Positions 49,430-59,578 are shown, numbered from the stretch's first letter. The stretch: DNA of 64,000 nucleotides from a virus (IMGVR_UViG_3300020375_000001:32001-96000), one strand, 5' to 3'. Notes: generated by a model from the sequence alone, not told the origin. Program-made: numbers and translations.

Positions 49430-49684
49430 TTAGGTTATAAAGCGATGTAAGTGTAGCGACGCTATGCAAACGCAACACACGATGATTAATGTAATCAGGA
49501 TACGCTGTGCTGTATACGGCTCAGTTTCCCCAATCATTACTACCCTGTCCACAACAACGGCTAGGAGACCCGTAGCGAACATGGTAACTGTCAAGTAGAC
49601 CGATTCGGTGGTGATATGCACACCAAGTACAGCAAAACAGAATATAATAGCAACTAGTGCTGTATACCTCAACTGCAGCCTCAT
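49430..49684 (-). CDS. Membrane protein (3 TM)
   Basis: Hydrophobic segments. Confidence 0.55.
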   Translation of the reverse strand: MRLQLRYTALVAIIFCFAVLGVHITTESVYLTVTMFATGLLAVVVDRVVMIGETEPYTAQRILITLIIVCCVCIASLHLHRFIT

Positions 49685-49757
49685 TGCACGATTCCTTCTT
49701 ATCCGTAAAAAGACCCCACTATAAAATTACGGCGTTGTGTAGAAAATGTAGTTAGGC

Positions 49758-49788
49758 AAAAAAATAAAGGGAGCCGAAGCCCCCTTTA
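49758..49788 (-). terminator. Rho-independent terminator after chimallin
   Basis: GC-rich hairpin with TTCG loop (minus strand) followed by a T-tract. Confidence 0.8.
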
Positions 49789-49809
49789 TTCACGATTTAC
49801 ATGTTGCGA

Positions 49810-51705
49810 TTACCAGGTGGTACGTGCGTTCATGTTTTGGTATTGGTTACCACGACCGCCGAACTGGTTCTGCTGGTTGAACATACCAGAGTGCTGGTTA
49901 CCTTGAGAGGCAAAGCGCTGGTAGTTAGTTGCAGGACGAGTACCGGTAGTCATGTCTTGGTAGATACCTTCTGGACGTACATTTGCACCGGCTGCTGCAC
50001 AAGCTGCTGCCAGAGTCATGATGAAGTCTGAAGTGAAGTCCACACGACGAGAGTAACCAGATACGAATACTGAGCCTTCGCCCAGCAGACCACGCAGGAT
50101 GTTCAGACGACGCTGTAAGCGGAAGTCTTCTGGAACGTTAGTTGCAGTGAACGTATCCACGTAATCAGTAACTACTTGCAGGTCGCTTCCGCCTTGCAGG
50201 TTCAGCATTGCCAAGTAGTCGATTTCGCGCAGGTCTTTCTTGTTGCCTTCTGCGTCAACGTAGTAACCGTTGTGGATACGGGTTACGTCGCCAGTAAACA
50301 ACTGCTTACCTTTAAACATGTTGCTGAAGTTACCGTTAGTCAGCGTGTCCGCTGCATTCACGATTGCTTCAATCGCTTTAGGGTTACCACAGGCAGCATC
50401 GATGAAGATGTGCTGTACCCAGCTCATTGGACCGGCTTCTGCGATATCCATAGAGTATACCATGTTAGGGTGTACTGCTACGCCAAGCAATTGAAGCAGA
50501 GTCTGAGGAGTGAAGTCTGCTGATTTAGTATCAACTTCCACATCCGCCAGTGCTGGACACTCGTACTTAACAGCACCGATATCGTGCATGTCAGTACCTT
50601 TGATGTTGTAGTTAGGCAGGAACGCACGAGCCCAGTTGTGGTCTTCATCAAGTACCGCAGCTGATGCCAGGCCTTGCAGTTGAAGTTCCAGGCTTACTGA
50701 GTCCAGACCGTGAGTGATACCAGTCATGATGAAACGAGGCAGGTAACATTGAGTCGCCGGTGCAGCTTGTTGTCCCCAAGGACCTTGCTGTTGTGGTTGA
50801 CCCATAGGCTGACCAAATACGTTTTGCTGCGAAGGCGGCGCTACGTAGATAAGGTCCATGTAACCAGTTACTTCAGAAATCATCAGCTGTTGCTGACCCC
50901 AGCCTTCATCGTGACCACCTTGGTTAGAGGTAGCTTTCATAGCAACTTGAATGTCGCTACGTACGATTTCGCCAACACCAGTTTCAGTGCTAGTAGCCAT
51001 GAAGTCCAGACGGGCAGATACGGTTTCGTTCTGCGGGTCCCACAGTGCAACAGTGTACTTCTCTTCGATGCCACCCAGTACACGGTCAAGCAGACCGATG
51101 TTAGAGTTGCTTACGTCGAATACGACATTGTGCAGACGTGGCTCGTCTTCGTGGCTCAGGCCGCGAGGGATAACAATCAAACCGGCTTCATGTAAAGTAA
51201 CACCTGCATCAAAGTGACCAGACAGTACTTCCTGAACAATTGCCCACAGGCGGTCAGATTGGATATCACCAGGTACACGCTCAACTTCAACGTTAGTGCC
51301 GTTGATGTTATTTTGGCGCGGTGCCAGTGGTTCGCCAGATTCTTCCAGTACCAGGGTAGATACTGCAACGGTGTTCTCAATTTGAGAGCACGCCAGAATC
51401 AGAGAGAATGGTAAGCCGTAACCATCTTTCTCAACGGCGAAGAATTTGATTTCGTCAGCGCCTTCTTTCTTCAGGATTTCCTGGAAAGCTTCTTGGTAAG
51501 CTGCAATGTTCTTACCAGTACCCTGACGGGAGATTGAACGACGGATACGTGCGTTAGCACCGATGATGCCAGAACGTACCTTTTGTTGACCACCTGGGCC
51601 ACGACCTTCAGTGCTCTGAGTAGCTTGCTCAGTTTCACCCGCTTTCTTGAAAGCAGCTTCCATTGCACTTTGACCGCTTTGTTGCTTGTTGTCTTTAATT
51701 GACAT
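49810..51705 (-). CDS. chmA: Chimallin, major phage-nucleus shell protein (phiKZ gp54-like)
   Basis: 631 aa, host-optimal codons, flexible N- and C-termini and Q-rich internal loop; located between nvRNAP beta' and DNA polymerase genes with an early promoter; no search run. Confidence 0.8.
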   Translation of the reverse strand: MSIKDNKQQSGQSAMEAAFKKAGETEQATQSTEGRGPGGQQKVRSGIIGANARIRRSISRQGTGKNIAAYQEAFQEILKKEGADEIKFFAVEKDGYGLPFSLILACSQIENTVAVSTLVLEESGEPLAPRQNNINGTNVEVERVPGDIQSDRLWAIVQEVLSGHFDAGVTLHEAGLIVIPRGLSHEDEPRLHNVVFDVSNSNIGLLDRVLGGIEEKYTVALWDPQNETVSARLDFMATSTETGVGEIVRSDIQVAMKATSNQGGHDEGWGQQQLMISEVTGYMDLIYVAPPSQQNVFGQPMGQPQQQGPWGQQAAPATQCYLPRFIMTGITHGLDSVSLELQLQGLASAAVLDEDHNWARAFLPNYNIKGTDMHDIGAVKYECPALADVEVDTKSADFTPQTLLQLLGVAVHPNMVYSMDIAEAGPMSWVQHIFIDAACGNPKAIEAIVNAADTLTNGNFSNMFKGKQLFTGDVTRIHNGYYVDAEGNKKDLREIDYLAMLNLQGGSDLQVVTDYVDTFTATNVPEDFRLQRRLNILRGLLGEGSVFVSGYSRRVDFTSDFIMTLAAACAAAGANVRPEGIYQDMTTGTRPATNYQRFASQGNQHSGMFNQQNQFGGRGNQYQNMNARTTW

Positions 51706-51781
51706 ATCAATTTCCTTTCATGTTTTTAAATCGATTTATTTAAAGTGTTTTCTTTGCAACGTTGCTGTTATTGCACCTGAA

Positions 51782-51797
51782 TGATATAGATGTGAAA
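51782..51797 (-). promoter_or_regulatory. Early-type promoter variant upstream of chmA (TTTCACATCTATATCAT)
   Basis: Same spacing as TTTCAAAGATATATTAT. Confidence 0.5.
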
Positions 51798-51926
51798 ACC
51801 CTTTGAATCGACTTGGGATTAAAATTAAACGCACACAGTGCTGTGATGGACAGGGCATACTGTCCTAGGAAGCCATCACAGCTTCTCTACATATATATAG
51901 GAACGATGTGTAAAAAATATTTGAGG

Positions 51927-52082
51927 CTATGATTCCCCAAGGTTTCCCACACTTTCCTTTATACAGTAGCTAAGTTCCTCACCCAATTCAGCGAGTTCTT
52001 TAATCTCGGCCAGAGACAAGTTTTCTCTACAGAGTACTCGTCGCCTTAGGAGATTCATGGCTTCTTCTATTTCTTCATCCAT
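51927..52082 (-). CDS. Small acidic protein (51 aa, not in ORF track)
   Basis: Hand translation MDEEIEEAMNLLRRRVLCRENL...; GAGGTG RBS. Confidence 0.5.
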   Translation of the reverse strand: MDEEIEEAMNLLRRRVLCRENLSLAEIKELAELGEELSYCIKESVGNLGES

Positions 52083-52146
52083 TTTTCACCTCGTCTTTTT
52101 AGTTTATTTATGATTCCTCTTAAATTACTCCTGCAAGGATACACAC

Positions 52147-53238
52147 ATGCAAAACTTAATCTTCGGTGACCTACCAGACTTTGAAGTCTCTAAGGTAGAG
52201 TACCCAAAACTTGATTACGTGTTGCGCGGCCTAGAAGCTAACCTAGAGAAGGTTCTCAACTACGAACGCCGTAACAGTAAAGTAGTGGCGTCCGACCATC
52301 CGTTATTAGGAATGCTAAACCAAGCAGGACAAATGCTCGATGCAGATATCCGCTTTCATTATTTAGCAGCCCTAGACCTAAACGATAAATGGTGTGCGGC
52401 ACATGACATCACAACTGCTTCTAAGGCAGCATCACCGTACCTAGGTGAGTTCCTCAATGGTGGAGACATCGAGTTTCTCATTAGTTCCGTTGACAGAATA
52501 CCTAACAGTAAGTTTGTGAATGGTGGATATGCAGATTGGATTAACTTAACGCCCGTCAGAGTTGTGGCTTGTAATTACCATGACAGTTATCCATGGATTC
52601 CAGGTGAAGCACCTGAGAATGGTAACCGTTGGGCCATGATTGCAATTGACTTGCCAATGCTCTCTATAATGTATCGCGAATGGGTAAAATTTCTCAAGAA
52701 AGAAAATCTTGAAGAAACCCGCTCGGCATTTATTCGCAACTACGTACTGGCCAATGCTATCAAATCGTTACAGATGGCAAAACAATTAGTTCGCCTAACT
52801 CGAATGAAACAAGGTTTGGATGTAGACCATGTTCGCTCCGATTCAGAAATATCAGTGGTAGATTACGAGTCGCGTTTAGTTAAGGCTCAGTACTCCATGA
52901 TTAAGGATAATTCCTTACGGGACCTTAACTGGGTTGAACTACTACAGAACACCAAGATTGACCTCGACCAAGATTTAGGATACTTCCTAGATATAATCGA
53001 GACGGCAGAGACAAGCCAAAACCGCTGGGCTCTGGCTTTATCTCAGGTGCACCTGTGGCGCTTCTTATTATTACACGATAAAACCGATGGTGTAAACCAA
53101 CAGTATCGTGAACGGTTACAACGTTTCTTATACGAACTTAAACGTGACCGTGGCGTTAACGGTATCCGCAACTACCAAGCGGTTAACTTAGTTCGTGATG
53201 AACTTGAGCGTATCGCACAGCTATGTAAAGAAAGATAA
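52147..53238 (+). CDS. Conserved Chimalliviridae protein (phiKZ gp52/53 position)
   Basis: 363 aa, AAGGA RBS, convergent with DNA polymerase. Confidence 0.65.
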   Translation: MQNLIFGDLPDFEVSKVEYPKLDYVLRGLEANLEKVLNYERRNSKVVASDHPLLGMLNQAGQMLDADIRFHYLAALDLNDKWCAAHDITTASKAASPYLGEFLNGGDIEFLISSVDRIPNSKFVNGGYADWINLTPVRVVACNYHDSYPWIPGEAPENGNRWAMIAIDLPMLSIMYREWVKFLKKENLEETRSAFIRNYVLANAIKSLQMAKQLVRLTRMKQGLDVDHVRSDSEISVVDYESRLVKAQYSMIKDNSLRDLNWVELLQNTKIDLDQDLGYFLDIIETAETSQNRWALALSQVHLWRFLLLHDKTDGVNQQYRERLQRFLYELKRDRGVNGIRNYQAVNLVRDELERIAQLCKER

Positions 53239-53241
53239 GTC

Positions 53242-53272
53242 TGTGGGGTGAAAGCCCCACACTTATGTCGTC
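53242..53272 (+). terminator. Hairpin + CTTATGTCGTC
   Basis: TGTGGGG-tgaaag-CCCCACA. Confidence 0.7.
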
Positions 53273-53273
53273 T

Positions 53274-55430
53274 TTATACACCTGTTAAGAAAGGTAGGTC
53301 TTTCAGGAAGTCAGATGGTAACTTAGAGTTATACTGATTCTTCATGAATATACCCAACGACTCTAGTACCAGGATGAACGGTTCTAACAGCGTAGCACAC
53401 ACTTTACGAATGTCCTTTGCTAACAACAGTTCTTTAGGTACACCCACCTGACTTACGACTTCAAGTGGCAGTAAAGCAATTTTGTAATCAGTTTTTGATT
53501 TACTGTCCAACCATTTTTCCATCCGGTAGGCAATCTCTTTATCCTCAATCTTACTCAACCATAGCTTAACCGCTGTCTGGTTAGGTAAGTCCAAAGATAA
53601 CTTCACGCCAATGTATGGTGGTGGTGGAGCTTTGCCGTAAGTAGGTCCAAAGACATAATCCCACATCTCGTAATGTTGATACGGGGAACTTTCTGGGTTC
53701 TTATACGACTCCATTGCTTTTACTGCAGAGAACTGGAGATATTCGGTTTTACCCGTCACCAGTGAATTGGTAATCTCTTCTTCAATCTGCACCACTTCTT
53801 TTAACAGGTTAGTGAGCGATAACATCTTACCTGCCATTACGTCATCCATAATGTTTTCGGTAAAGGTATTAAACCGGTTCATGATGTGCTTAGGAATCTT
53901 AGAGTTCTTCAGCGATACACCTTTATACTCAGGCTCTAGTTCATCGTACACGTTACCTTCACACGCACTGATGTAACTAAAGTAATGCTTCGCTTTAGTA
54001 GTCAGTGATAATACTGGGAAGAAGAATTCGTTCTTCATTTCCAGTTTACGGATGTGGTCAGGGATAACCCCCATACCCGCTGAGAGCTGTGCCAGTAGAT
54101 GCACGGTAGTCTGAGACGTAAGATATACCATCACCGCACCAACAGCGTTAGAAGTATCGTCAAAGCCCATGTCACCATCGTTGTACCACTTCACCCAATC
54201 TTGTACCGTAAAGATAGTAGAGTCGGTGTCTGAAACAATTACCGTCTTACGGATAGACTGTAGGAAGTAGGCCATAGACGGTGGCGGGTTATCCGTGCAC
54301 CAGAACGAACCAATTAGTAGAGAGAACTTCTCTAACGTCTCGTAGGTCTGTTTCACCTGTGCGGCCACCAACGCATATCGCTCAGGATGGTCTTTCTCCA
54401 AATCCCACCAAGTAGAGCCTTTCAGTTCCGCTGCACACACGATGCCAATCAAAGCCGTGACGTCAGCATCCATCTTTTCAATCCACTCTTTAGGGTTATC
54501 GATTGGAGTAGTTGCCTTAACTGCCAGTGGCGTGATAAAACTACGTACTACCTCAGGATTAAACTGCGTTAGGTGATACAAGTCCTGTGTGTATAAGTAG
54601 GCAGCACGTTGTAACGGAGTCAATGCTTTGATGTAATCTGCAATACGCTGAAACCTATCTGGAGCACGCCAATATTGGTCAGTAGAACGCCTTACTGCAT
54701 CTGTTACCTCTTCTGCAGTTGGGTAGTGTAGATTGTAGGCGGACATAGCCATTTCAATCTTATCGTAGTTGCTACACTGAACCACGGATACAATGTTGTT
54801 AATCGCAATGTCGGCATTACGGTAATGACGATTACCCATCAGGTAACGTTCCGTATTTGCATTCGAATAAGACGTTGCAGAACGACACGTGGACGTTAGT
54901 GTAGGGTGAGCCGATTTCAAGTACAGTGAGTTATGTGCACTTAAGTGAGCACCAGACACAGAGTTGTTCTTAATTTTAAATGTAGACTGCAATACGTGCT
55001 TGATTGCTGCTGATTCATGGTCACCATTTGCCTTGTCTTTCTGACCTGCCTTCTTAACCACTTTACGTTGAGCAACGTTACCATCAATGTATTCAGAGAG
55101 GATAGAACGTTTCTCATTTGGATTGATGTAGTTAGTTAAAGTAGGGGCCATCAGGTATTCTTGGTCTTCGATATCAGACAAGAACTGGCTGAAAGGAATA
55201 ACTTTCTTTTGTCTACCTTTCTTTTCGTCCCGCAGTAAGATACGGGTCGCTGGGTCTTTAGTTTCGAACTTCCCGCCCTTACCAGTTTCTTTTTGTACAA
55301 ATGCAATGGCTTCCTCAATAGGAATGCCCTCTACGGTGGCAAGATAATGTGCTGTATCTTTTATAGCCGCATCCAGAATACCTAGGTCTCTGCCGTATTC
55401 TGTAGCAGGTTTTACGAAAGGAGATAACAT
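53274..55430 (-). CDS. Split family-B DNA polymerase, catalytic subunit with motifs B and C (phiKZ gp50-like)
   Basis: FKIKNNSVSG (motif B), VSDTDS (motif C), KHYF and YKGV downstream. Confidence 0.88.
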   Translation of the reverse strand: MLSPFVKPATEYGRDLGILDAAIKDTAHYLATVEGIPIEEAIAFVQKETGKGGKFETKDPATRILLRDEKKGRQKKVIPFSQFLSDIEDQEYLMAPTLTNYINPNEKRSILSEYIDGNVAQRKVVKKAGQKDKANGDHESAAIKHVLQSTFKIKNNSVSGAHLSAHNSLYLKSAHPTLTSTCRSATSYSNANTERYLMGNRHYRNADIAINNIVSVVQCSNYDKIEMAMSAYNLHYPTAEEVTDAVRRSTDQYWRAPDRFQRIADYIKALTPLQRAAYLYTQDLYHLTQFNPEVVRSFITPLAVKATTPIDNPKEWIEKMDADVTALIGIVCAAELKGSTWWDLEKDHPERYALVAAQVKQTYETLEKFSLLIGSFWCTDNPPPSMAYFLQSIRKTVIVSDTDSTIFTVQDWVKWYNDGDMGFDDTSNAVGAVMVYLTSQTTVHLLAQLSAGMGVIPDHIRKLEMKNEFFFPVLSLTTKAKHYFSYISACEGNVYDELEPEYKGVSLKNSKIPKHIMNRFNTFTENIMDDVMAGKMLSLTNLLKEVVQIEEEITNSLVTGKTEYLQFSAVKAMESYKNPESSPYQHYEMWDYVFGPTYGKAPPPPYIGVKLSLDLPNQTAVKLWLSKIEDKEIAYRMEKWLDSKSKTDYKIALLPLEVVSQVGVPKELLLAKDIRKVCATLLEPFILVLESLGIFMKNQYNSKLPSDFLKDLPFLTGV

Positions 55431-55565
55431 CTCGAATTCCTTTAGTTAGAACTTCTATATTAAAATGGAGTACAGTATTTTTTCGTTTAAACAAAAAAAA
55501 GAGGCTATGCCTCTTTTCATTTAAGGGGTAGGAATCTACCCCTCCTTAATTGGATATGTCACCTT

Positions 55566-55994
55566 TTAATAAAAGTAGTGTCTCATGCGGCAACGATACC
55601 ACACCTCGAAGGCATCTCTATCTTCGCGTAATGTAGCGGGACAAATCGCCTCCATGATACGTCTACGCATTTCGTCCGCACCCAATTTCTTTAGTTCTTC
55701 CTCTACGGTACCTTCATTGTCATGAATGATGCATTCGGAGAAAATTAATGCAGACGCCATATCCCCATCATCTTCAATGGTGTAGTAGTGGTCGTAGTTA
55801 CTTTGATTGACCTCTACCTTACCATCTTTAATACGGTAACGCATACGGGCAAATCCCCAAACTGTAACCGTGTGACCCATGTGTTTTCTACTCAGTTCGA
55901 GCGCCCGTTCAAGAACATCTCCCTCAGTAACAAATTCATCCGCCACATCGACGGTGCCTTTTATTGCGTGTACTTGTATATTCCACATTGCCAT
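55566..55994 (-). CDS. Hypothetical protein
   Basis: 142 aa, AAGGAG RBS. Confidence 0.65.
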   Translation of the reverse strand: MAMWNIQVHAIKGTVDVADEFVTEGDVLERALELSRKHMGHTVTVWGFARMRYRIKDGKVEVNQSNYDHYYTIEDDGDMASALIFSECIIHDNEGTVEEELKKLGADEMRRRIMEAICPATLREDRDAFEVWYRCRMRHYFY

Positions 55995-56042
55995 TTTCTC
56001 CTTTTATATTTAAACGGCATAACTAGGGAGGTAAGTACCTCC

Positions 56043-56276
56043 CTAATAAACTCTATGTTGCTCCCCACGCCCCATACGTAATAACCTCTCAAGTTCTTCA
56101 GCGAGGGTTATACGCAGGTTACGCTTTATCAGTAGCACTATGTCTACCATAATATCGCGCTTGACACGAATCAGTGCATGTTGGTCAAACCCATTTAACG
56201 TTATCGATATATGTGGATACGACTTAGAAATATACTGCGTTCTGTTTCCGTATCTTCGTACATCGAACCTGTCCAT
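56043..56276 (-). CDS. Hypothetical protein
   Basis: 77 aa, last gene of the array operon. Confidence 0.5.
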   Translation of the reverse strand: MDRFDVRRYGNRTQYISKSYPHISITLNGFDQHALIRVKRDIMVDIVLLIKRNLRITLAEELERLLRMGRGEQHRVY

Positions 56277-56280
56277 GAGT

Positions 56281-56694
56281 TTATACCATCTTAGCGTCCA
56301 CTAGTGTCCAACCGGCAGCCGCAATGTGATTACGGAGTCGGGTTAAATCGGTTGAGCTGATATTTTGGATTCTAACTACCGCAGTGCTGGAATCGCGTTG
56401 TTCAATTGTCGTAGGATTAATCCATGGGATACCTACGGCCGTAAATTGCCCATTCGGCAGCTTAACCTTAATGTAATAGTACTGAGTAGGGTCGTCGGGT
56501 GCGGTACCCTGTGCAAGCATTGGATAGATATTGCGATGAAGCGTATATGGGTCTATCAATGCCTTAGCAGAGTCGGCATCTAAACTGCCCACTACTTTAA
56601 CGTTGTCAAACTTAGTTGGTAGTACAGCCTTCACGTTTTCAAATACGCTGAAGCTAACTACGTCCCCAAGTTTTATACCGGGAATTACTTCCAT
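56281..56694 (-). CDS. Conserved beta-rich protein
   Basis: 137 aa; YYYIKVKLPNGQFTAVGIPWI. Confidence 0.65.
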   Translation of the reverse strand: MEVIPGIKLGDVVSFSVFENVKAVLPTKFDNVKVVGSLDADSAKALIDPYTLHRNIYPMLAQGTAPDDPTQYYYIKVKLPNGQFTAVGIPWINPTTIEQRDSSTAVVRIQNISSTDLTRLRNHIAAAGWTLVDAKMV

Positions 56695-56696
56695 TG

Positions 56697-56978
56697 CTAC
56701 ATAACCTTAATCATTAGGGATTTACATTCGTCTATAGCCTCAAGTCCAGCCACAGAGAAGAAATCTAGTTTAACACCATACGATGAAAGAGTATCCAGTA
56801 GCAATTCTAGTAAATCTAAAAATGCTGGATGCATCTCTTCCACCGGTTTCTCCATTTCCTTTCTAAACACAGCCGATAGAATATCAATGGGTTCTGGTAC
56901 GTCATCTATTTGGAATTCCCGATAGATTCTGTCCATGTAGTACGACAACCGCAGAGGTTGGACAAGTACTACTTTCAT
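56697..56978 (-). CDS. Small acidic protein, array member
   Basis: 93 aa, AGGAGG RBS. Confidence 0.65.
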   Translation of the reverse strand: MKVVLVQPLRLSYYMDRIYREFQIDDVPEPIDILSAVFRKEMEKPVEEMHPAFLDLLELLLDTLSSYGVKLDFFSVAGLEAIDECKSLMIKVM

Positions 56979-56987
56979 ACAACCTCC

Positions 56988-57395
56988 TTAGTTCATAACT
57001 TCCACTATTACATCTCCGGACGGTAGCATCTCAATCACGTACAATGTAGGTAGGTTCCTTTCAGGGTCGGTATTTAAAGCACCGAGTCCTATCCGTAACA
57101 TTATTCGATTGGCACGCTGCGCTAACTCACAAAGGTCATCGCTCAGGTTTGGTATATCTGGAATGGGGGTATGTCCAGCAGAGATACCAGCGTACTCTTC
57201 TTCCAATCCCAATAGATGATTATTAACAGTGTCGTAGGGTTCATAGAAATTGTTAGGGTGAACTACTTGCGCAGCATCTATAATGATGTTGACAAATACC
57301 TCTGGGTCGATTTCCAAAAGCCCTGACCTGTTCATAAGGTCTGTTACCAATGTAGAAAATTCTGCACTAGGTAACATAGCACGTTCTTTTGCCAT
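56988..57395 (-). CDS. Small acidic protein, array member (clear paralog of 57405-57812)
   Basis: Shared KE-A-LP, DAA, PNL-D-L--LA, N-DP, GD--VE. Confidence 0.75.
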   Translation of the reverse strand: MAKERAMLPSAEFSTLVTDLMNRSGLLEIDPEVFVNIIIDAAQVVHPNNFYEPYDTVNNHLLGLEEEYAGISAGHTPIPDIPNLSDDLCELAQRANRIMLRIGLGALNTDPERNLPTLYVIEMLPSGDVIVEVMN

Positions 57396-57404
57396 GTTGT
57401 TCTC

Positions 57405-57812
57405 CTAGCCACAGATTTCTACAACCAAATCTCCTTGATGGGACATGTCCAGTATAGTAATACATGGCCAATCTTTATTTGGGTCATTGTTAAAACGGTC
57501 TAACTCCAAAGCCACCATCGTACGATAAAGCTTTACCGCCAAGTTACTTAGCGTGTCGTGGAGATTAGGTACATCAGCTAGAGGAACAGCGTCCATAGTA
57601 ACCAAGCCTATTTCAGTACCTAAGGCAAGTAGGTTATTGTGAATAACGTCATTCATCATCGCCCAGTTGGTATCATTAAAGGCAAGTGCTGCATCTAACA
57701 ATACCATGGTTAGTTTTTCGTAATCTACTTCTGGGATATCACACTCAACAATAAGTTCAGCCAGTTCCCTTGAGATATCACGTGTTGGTAGAATAGCGTG
57801 TTCTTTCTTCAT
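57405..57812 (-). CDS. Small acidic protein, array member
   Basis: Both are 135 aa and align without evident gaps. Confidence 0.75.
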   Translation of the reverse strand: MKKEHAILPTRDISRELAELIVECDIPEVDYEKLTMVLLDAALAFNDTNWAMMNDVIHNNLLALGTEIGLVTMDAVPLADVPNLHDTLSNLAVKLYRTMVALELDRFNNDPNKDWPCITILDMSHQGDLVVEICG

Positions 57813-57815
57813 AAG

Positions 57816-58184
57816 CTACTCCAGTAAAAAGAATGCACTGTTTCCTTTCAACTCAGAAAAGTAAGCTTGACGTTTAGGGTACGCCCGTGCTACTTCCCCT
57901 AGGTTCTTGTTAATGAATCGAATGGTATCATTAAGCAAGGCAACCAGTGCGTTGTAATCGTTACCATCAGCAAACTCCATACTCTCTGCAATATCGTAAG
58001 ACATCTCCGATACCGCATCCACATCATCGCTGTGAGGCGCTAATGCGGATAGCAATTGAAGTATGTCTTCGAACGATAAACCAAAGGATGTATCTGTGGA
58101 GTATACTGGGCTACGGTGGTGTTCCAACTCGTACCGTAAACGGTCAGTGTTGATAATAACCACAATCGGTTTATTAGTGGCCAT
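57816..58184 (-). CDS. Small acidic protein, array member
   Basis: Start MATNKP with GGAG upstream. Confidence 0.65.
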   Translation of the reverse strand: MATNKPIVVIINTDRLRYELEHHRSPVYSTDTSFGLSFEDILQLLSALAPHSDDVDAVSEMSYDIAESMEFADGNDYNALVALLNDTIRFINKNLGEVARAYPKRQAYFSELKGNSAFFLLE

Positions 58185-58551
58185 AGATATATACATCTCC
58201 GTTTAATAGTTCTACACTTATCTCTATACCGCAGAGGAACTCATCCAGTTGGTAGAAAGAAAGCAAATATCGGGCATAGGTAAAACCTACGTGGGCAATA
58301 AGTTCATCTTCTTCAGAACTCATACCCACATCCCAGAAATTATACATTTCCATTCGGTTATACCACATCCTTCTAGCCAAATCTTCATTTGCTCTGCGCA
58401 GTGACGAGAACCCAACTTCAGCCATTAGGTAAATGGTGCTAAGGATAAAGTCTTGTCTCGTCATTTGCACAAAATCTTCTATCAGGATGTTTTCACCCTG
58501 CAAAGCCCGTTCAACGCTATCGCCAGGAATAACGCAAACTACTTTGCTCAT
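58174..58551 (-). CDS. Small acidic protein, array member
   Basis: 125 aa; C-terminal VELLNGDVYIY hairpin. Confidence 0.65.
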   Translation of the reverse strand: MSKVVCVIPGDSVERALQGENILIEDFVQMTRQDFILSTIYLMAEVGFSSLRRANEDLARRMWYNRMEMYNFWDVGMSSEEDELIAHVGFTYARYLLSFYQLDEFLCGIEISVELLNGDVYIYGH

Positions 58552-58562
58552 TTTGTCATACC

Positions 58563-59045
58563 TCAGTAACTGTAAGCAGAACGCATCCGCTCAGGAACGT
58601 AACCACCCGCCTCTTCGAACATAGCCTCTTCTTTCAAGTGACGCTCATACTCGAGTGCGCGACGGTCACCCCGGTCGATAATCTTTAGGTTGTACACAGC
58701 TCCCGCAGCGTCAACGTCCAGAAATTCAACCTCGTACAGATGATGGTCACGAACAGGACCTAATGCATTAGCCACCATTTCGGTTAGCAGATTACGCATT
58801 ACTTTACGTGCCCGTTCGATGTTATCTGTTGGAAAGCCCATGTCACCAAACTGAGCCTCTTCATATTCTTTCTCTTCCCAATAGCTCATGGGATTCATTG
58901 GTTCAAGGATAAGACGTAACTCCGCCTCAACCCAAGGTCGCCAATTAACCATGTCTAATATAAGACTGTCGTGAATACTCAAGGCTTTCTTAGTTTGGCT
59001 AATCGCTGGGCCTAAATCAAAGATTGCTCCAAGTGCGTTTGCCAT
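58563..59045 (-). CDS. Acidic protein, array member
   Basis: 160 aa, AGGTAGG RBS. Confidence 0.65.
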   Translation of the reverse strand: MANALGAIFDLGPAISQTKKALSIHDSLILDMVNWRPWVEAELRLILEPMNPMSYWEEKEYEEAQFGDMGFPTDNIERARKVMRNLLTEMVANALGPVRDHHLYEVEFLDVDAAGAVYNLKIIDRGDRRALEYERHLKEEAMFEEAGGYVPERMRSAYSY

Positions 59046-59050
59046 ATTAC

Positions 59051-59578
59051 CTACCTGAAATCTGAAATGCCGTCTTCTTGGACTGTACCAGTAATAGAGA
59101 AACTTACCAGCTTTTCAATAGATGGAATCTCTGTCGAGTTAGTATGTTTCATGTAGCGATACAATACTTCCGCGTAGTTACCTTGGTAGATAACAAACAG
59201 ACCACCATTTCTAAAGAACACGTCCCACATGCCAAAAGGATGACGCTTAAAAATATTCGTCATTAACATTTCAGCGTAGTCCATGACATATGTCGAATCG
59301 CCTGTCCACTTCTTACCGTGTAGTTTTTCCAATACACGAATGGAGACGTATTTGGAACCAGCATCGTATTCCACGTTGTTGGCAATTACATCTTGGAAAC
59401 TATCGACGATAAATGTCTCAAGACCTTCTTCCGACTCAGGCAGTTCAAACCCCTCATCAGCAAAATTTGCCCTGGCACAGTTCTTCAACGTTGTTCCGTC
59501 CAGTATAAAACAACCAGACATGATAACGTCTTTAGAATCCCGCACCATTTTGTAGATTGGGTATTTCAACTTCAACAT
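59051..59578 (-). CDS. Array-region protein
   Basis: 175 aa, overlaps the upstream stop. Confidence 0.65.
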   Translation of the reverse strand: MLKLKYPIYKMVRDSKDVIMSGCFILDGTTLKNCARANFADEGFELPESEEGLETFIVDSFQDVIANNVEYDAGSKYVSIRVLEKLHGKKWTGDSTYVMDYAEMLMTNIFKRHPFGMWDVFFRNGGLFVIYQGNYAEVLYRYMKHTNSTEIPSIEKLVSFSITGTVQEDGISDFR

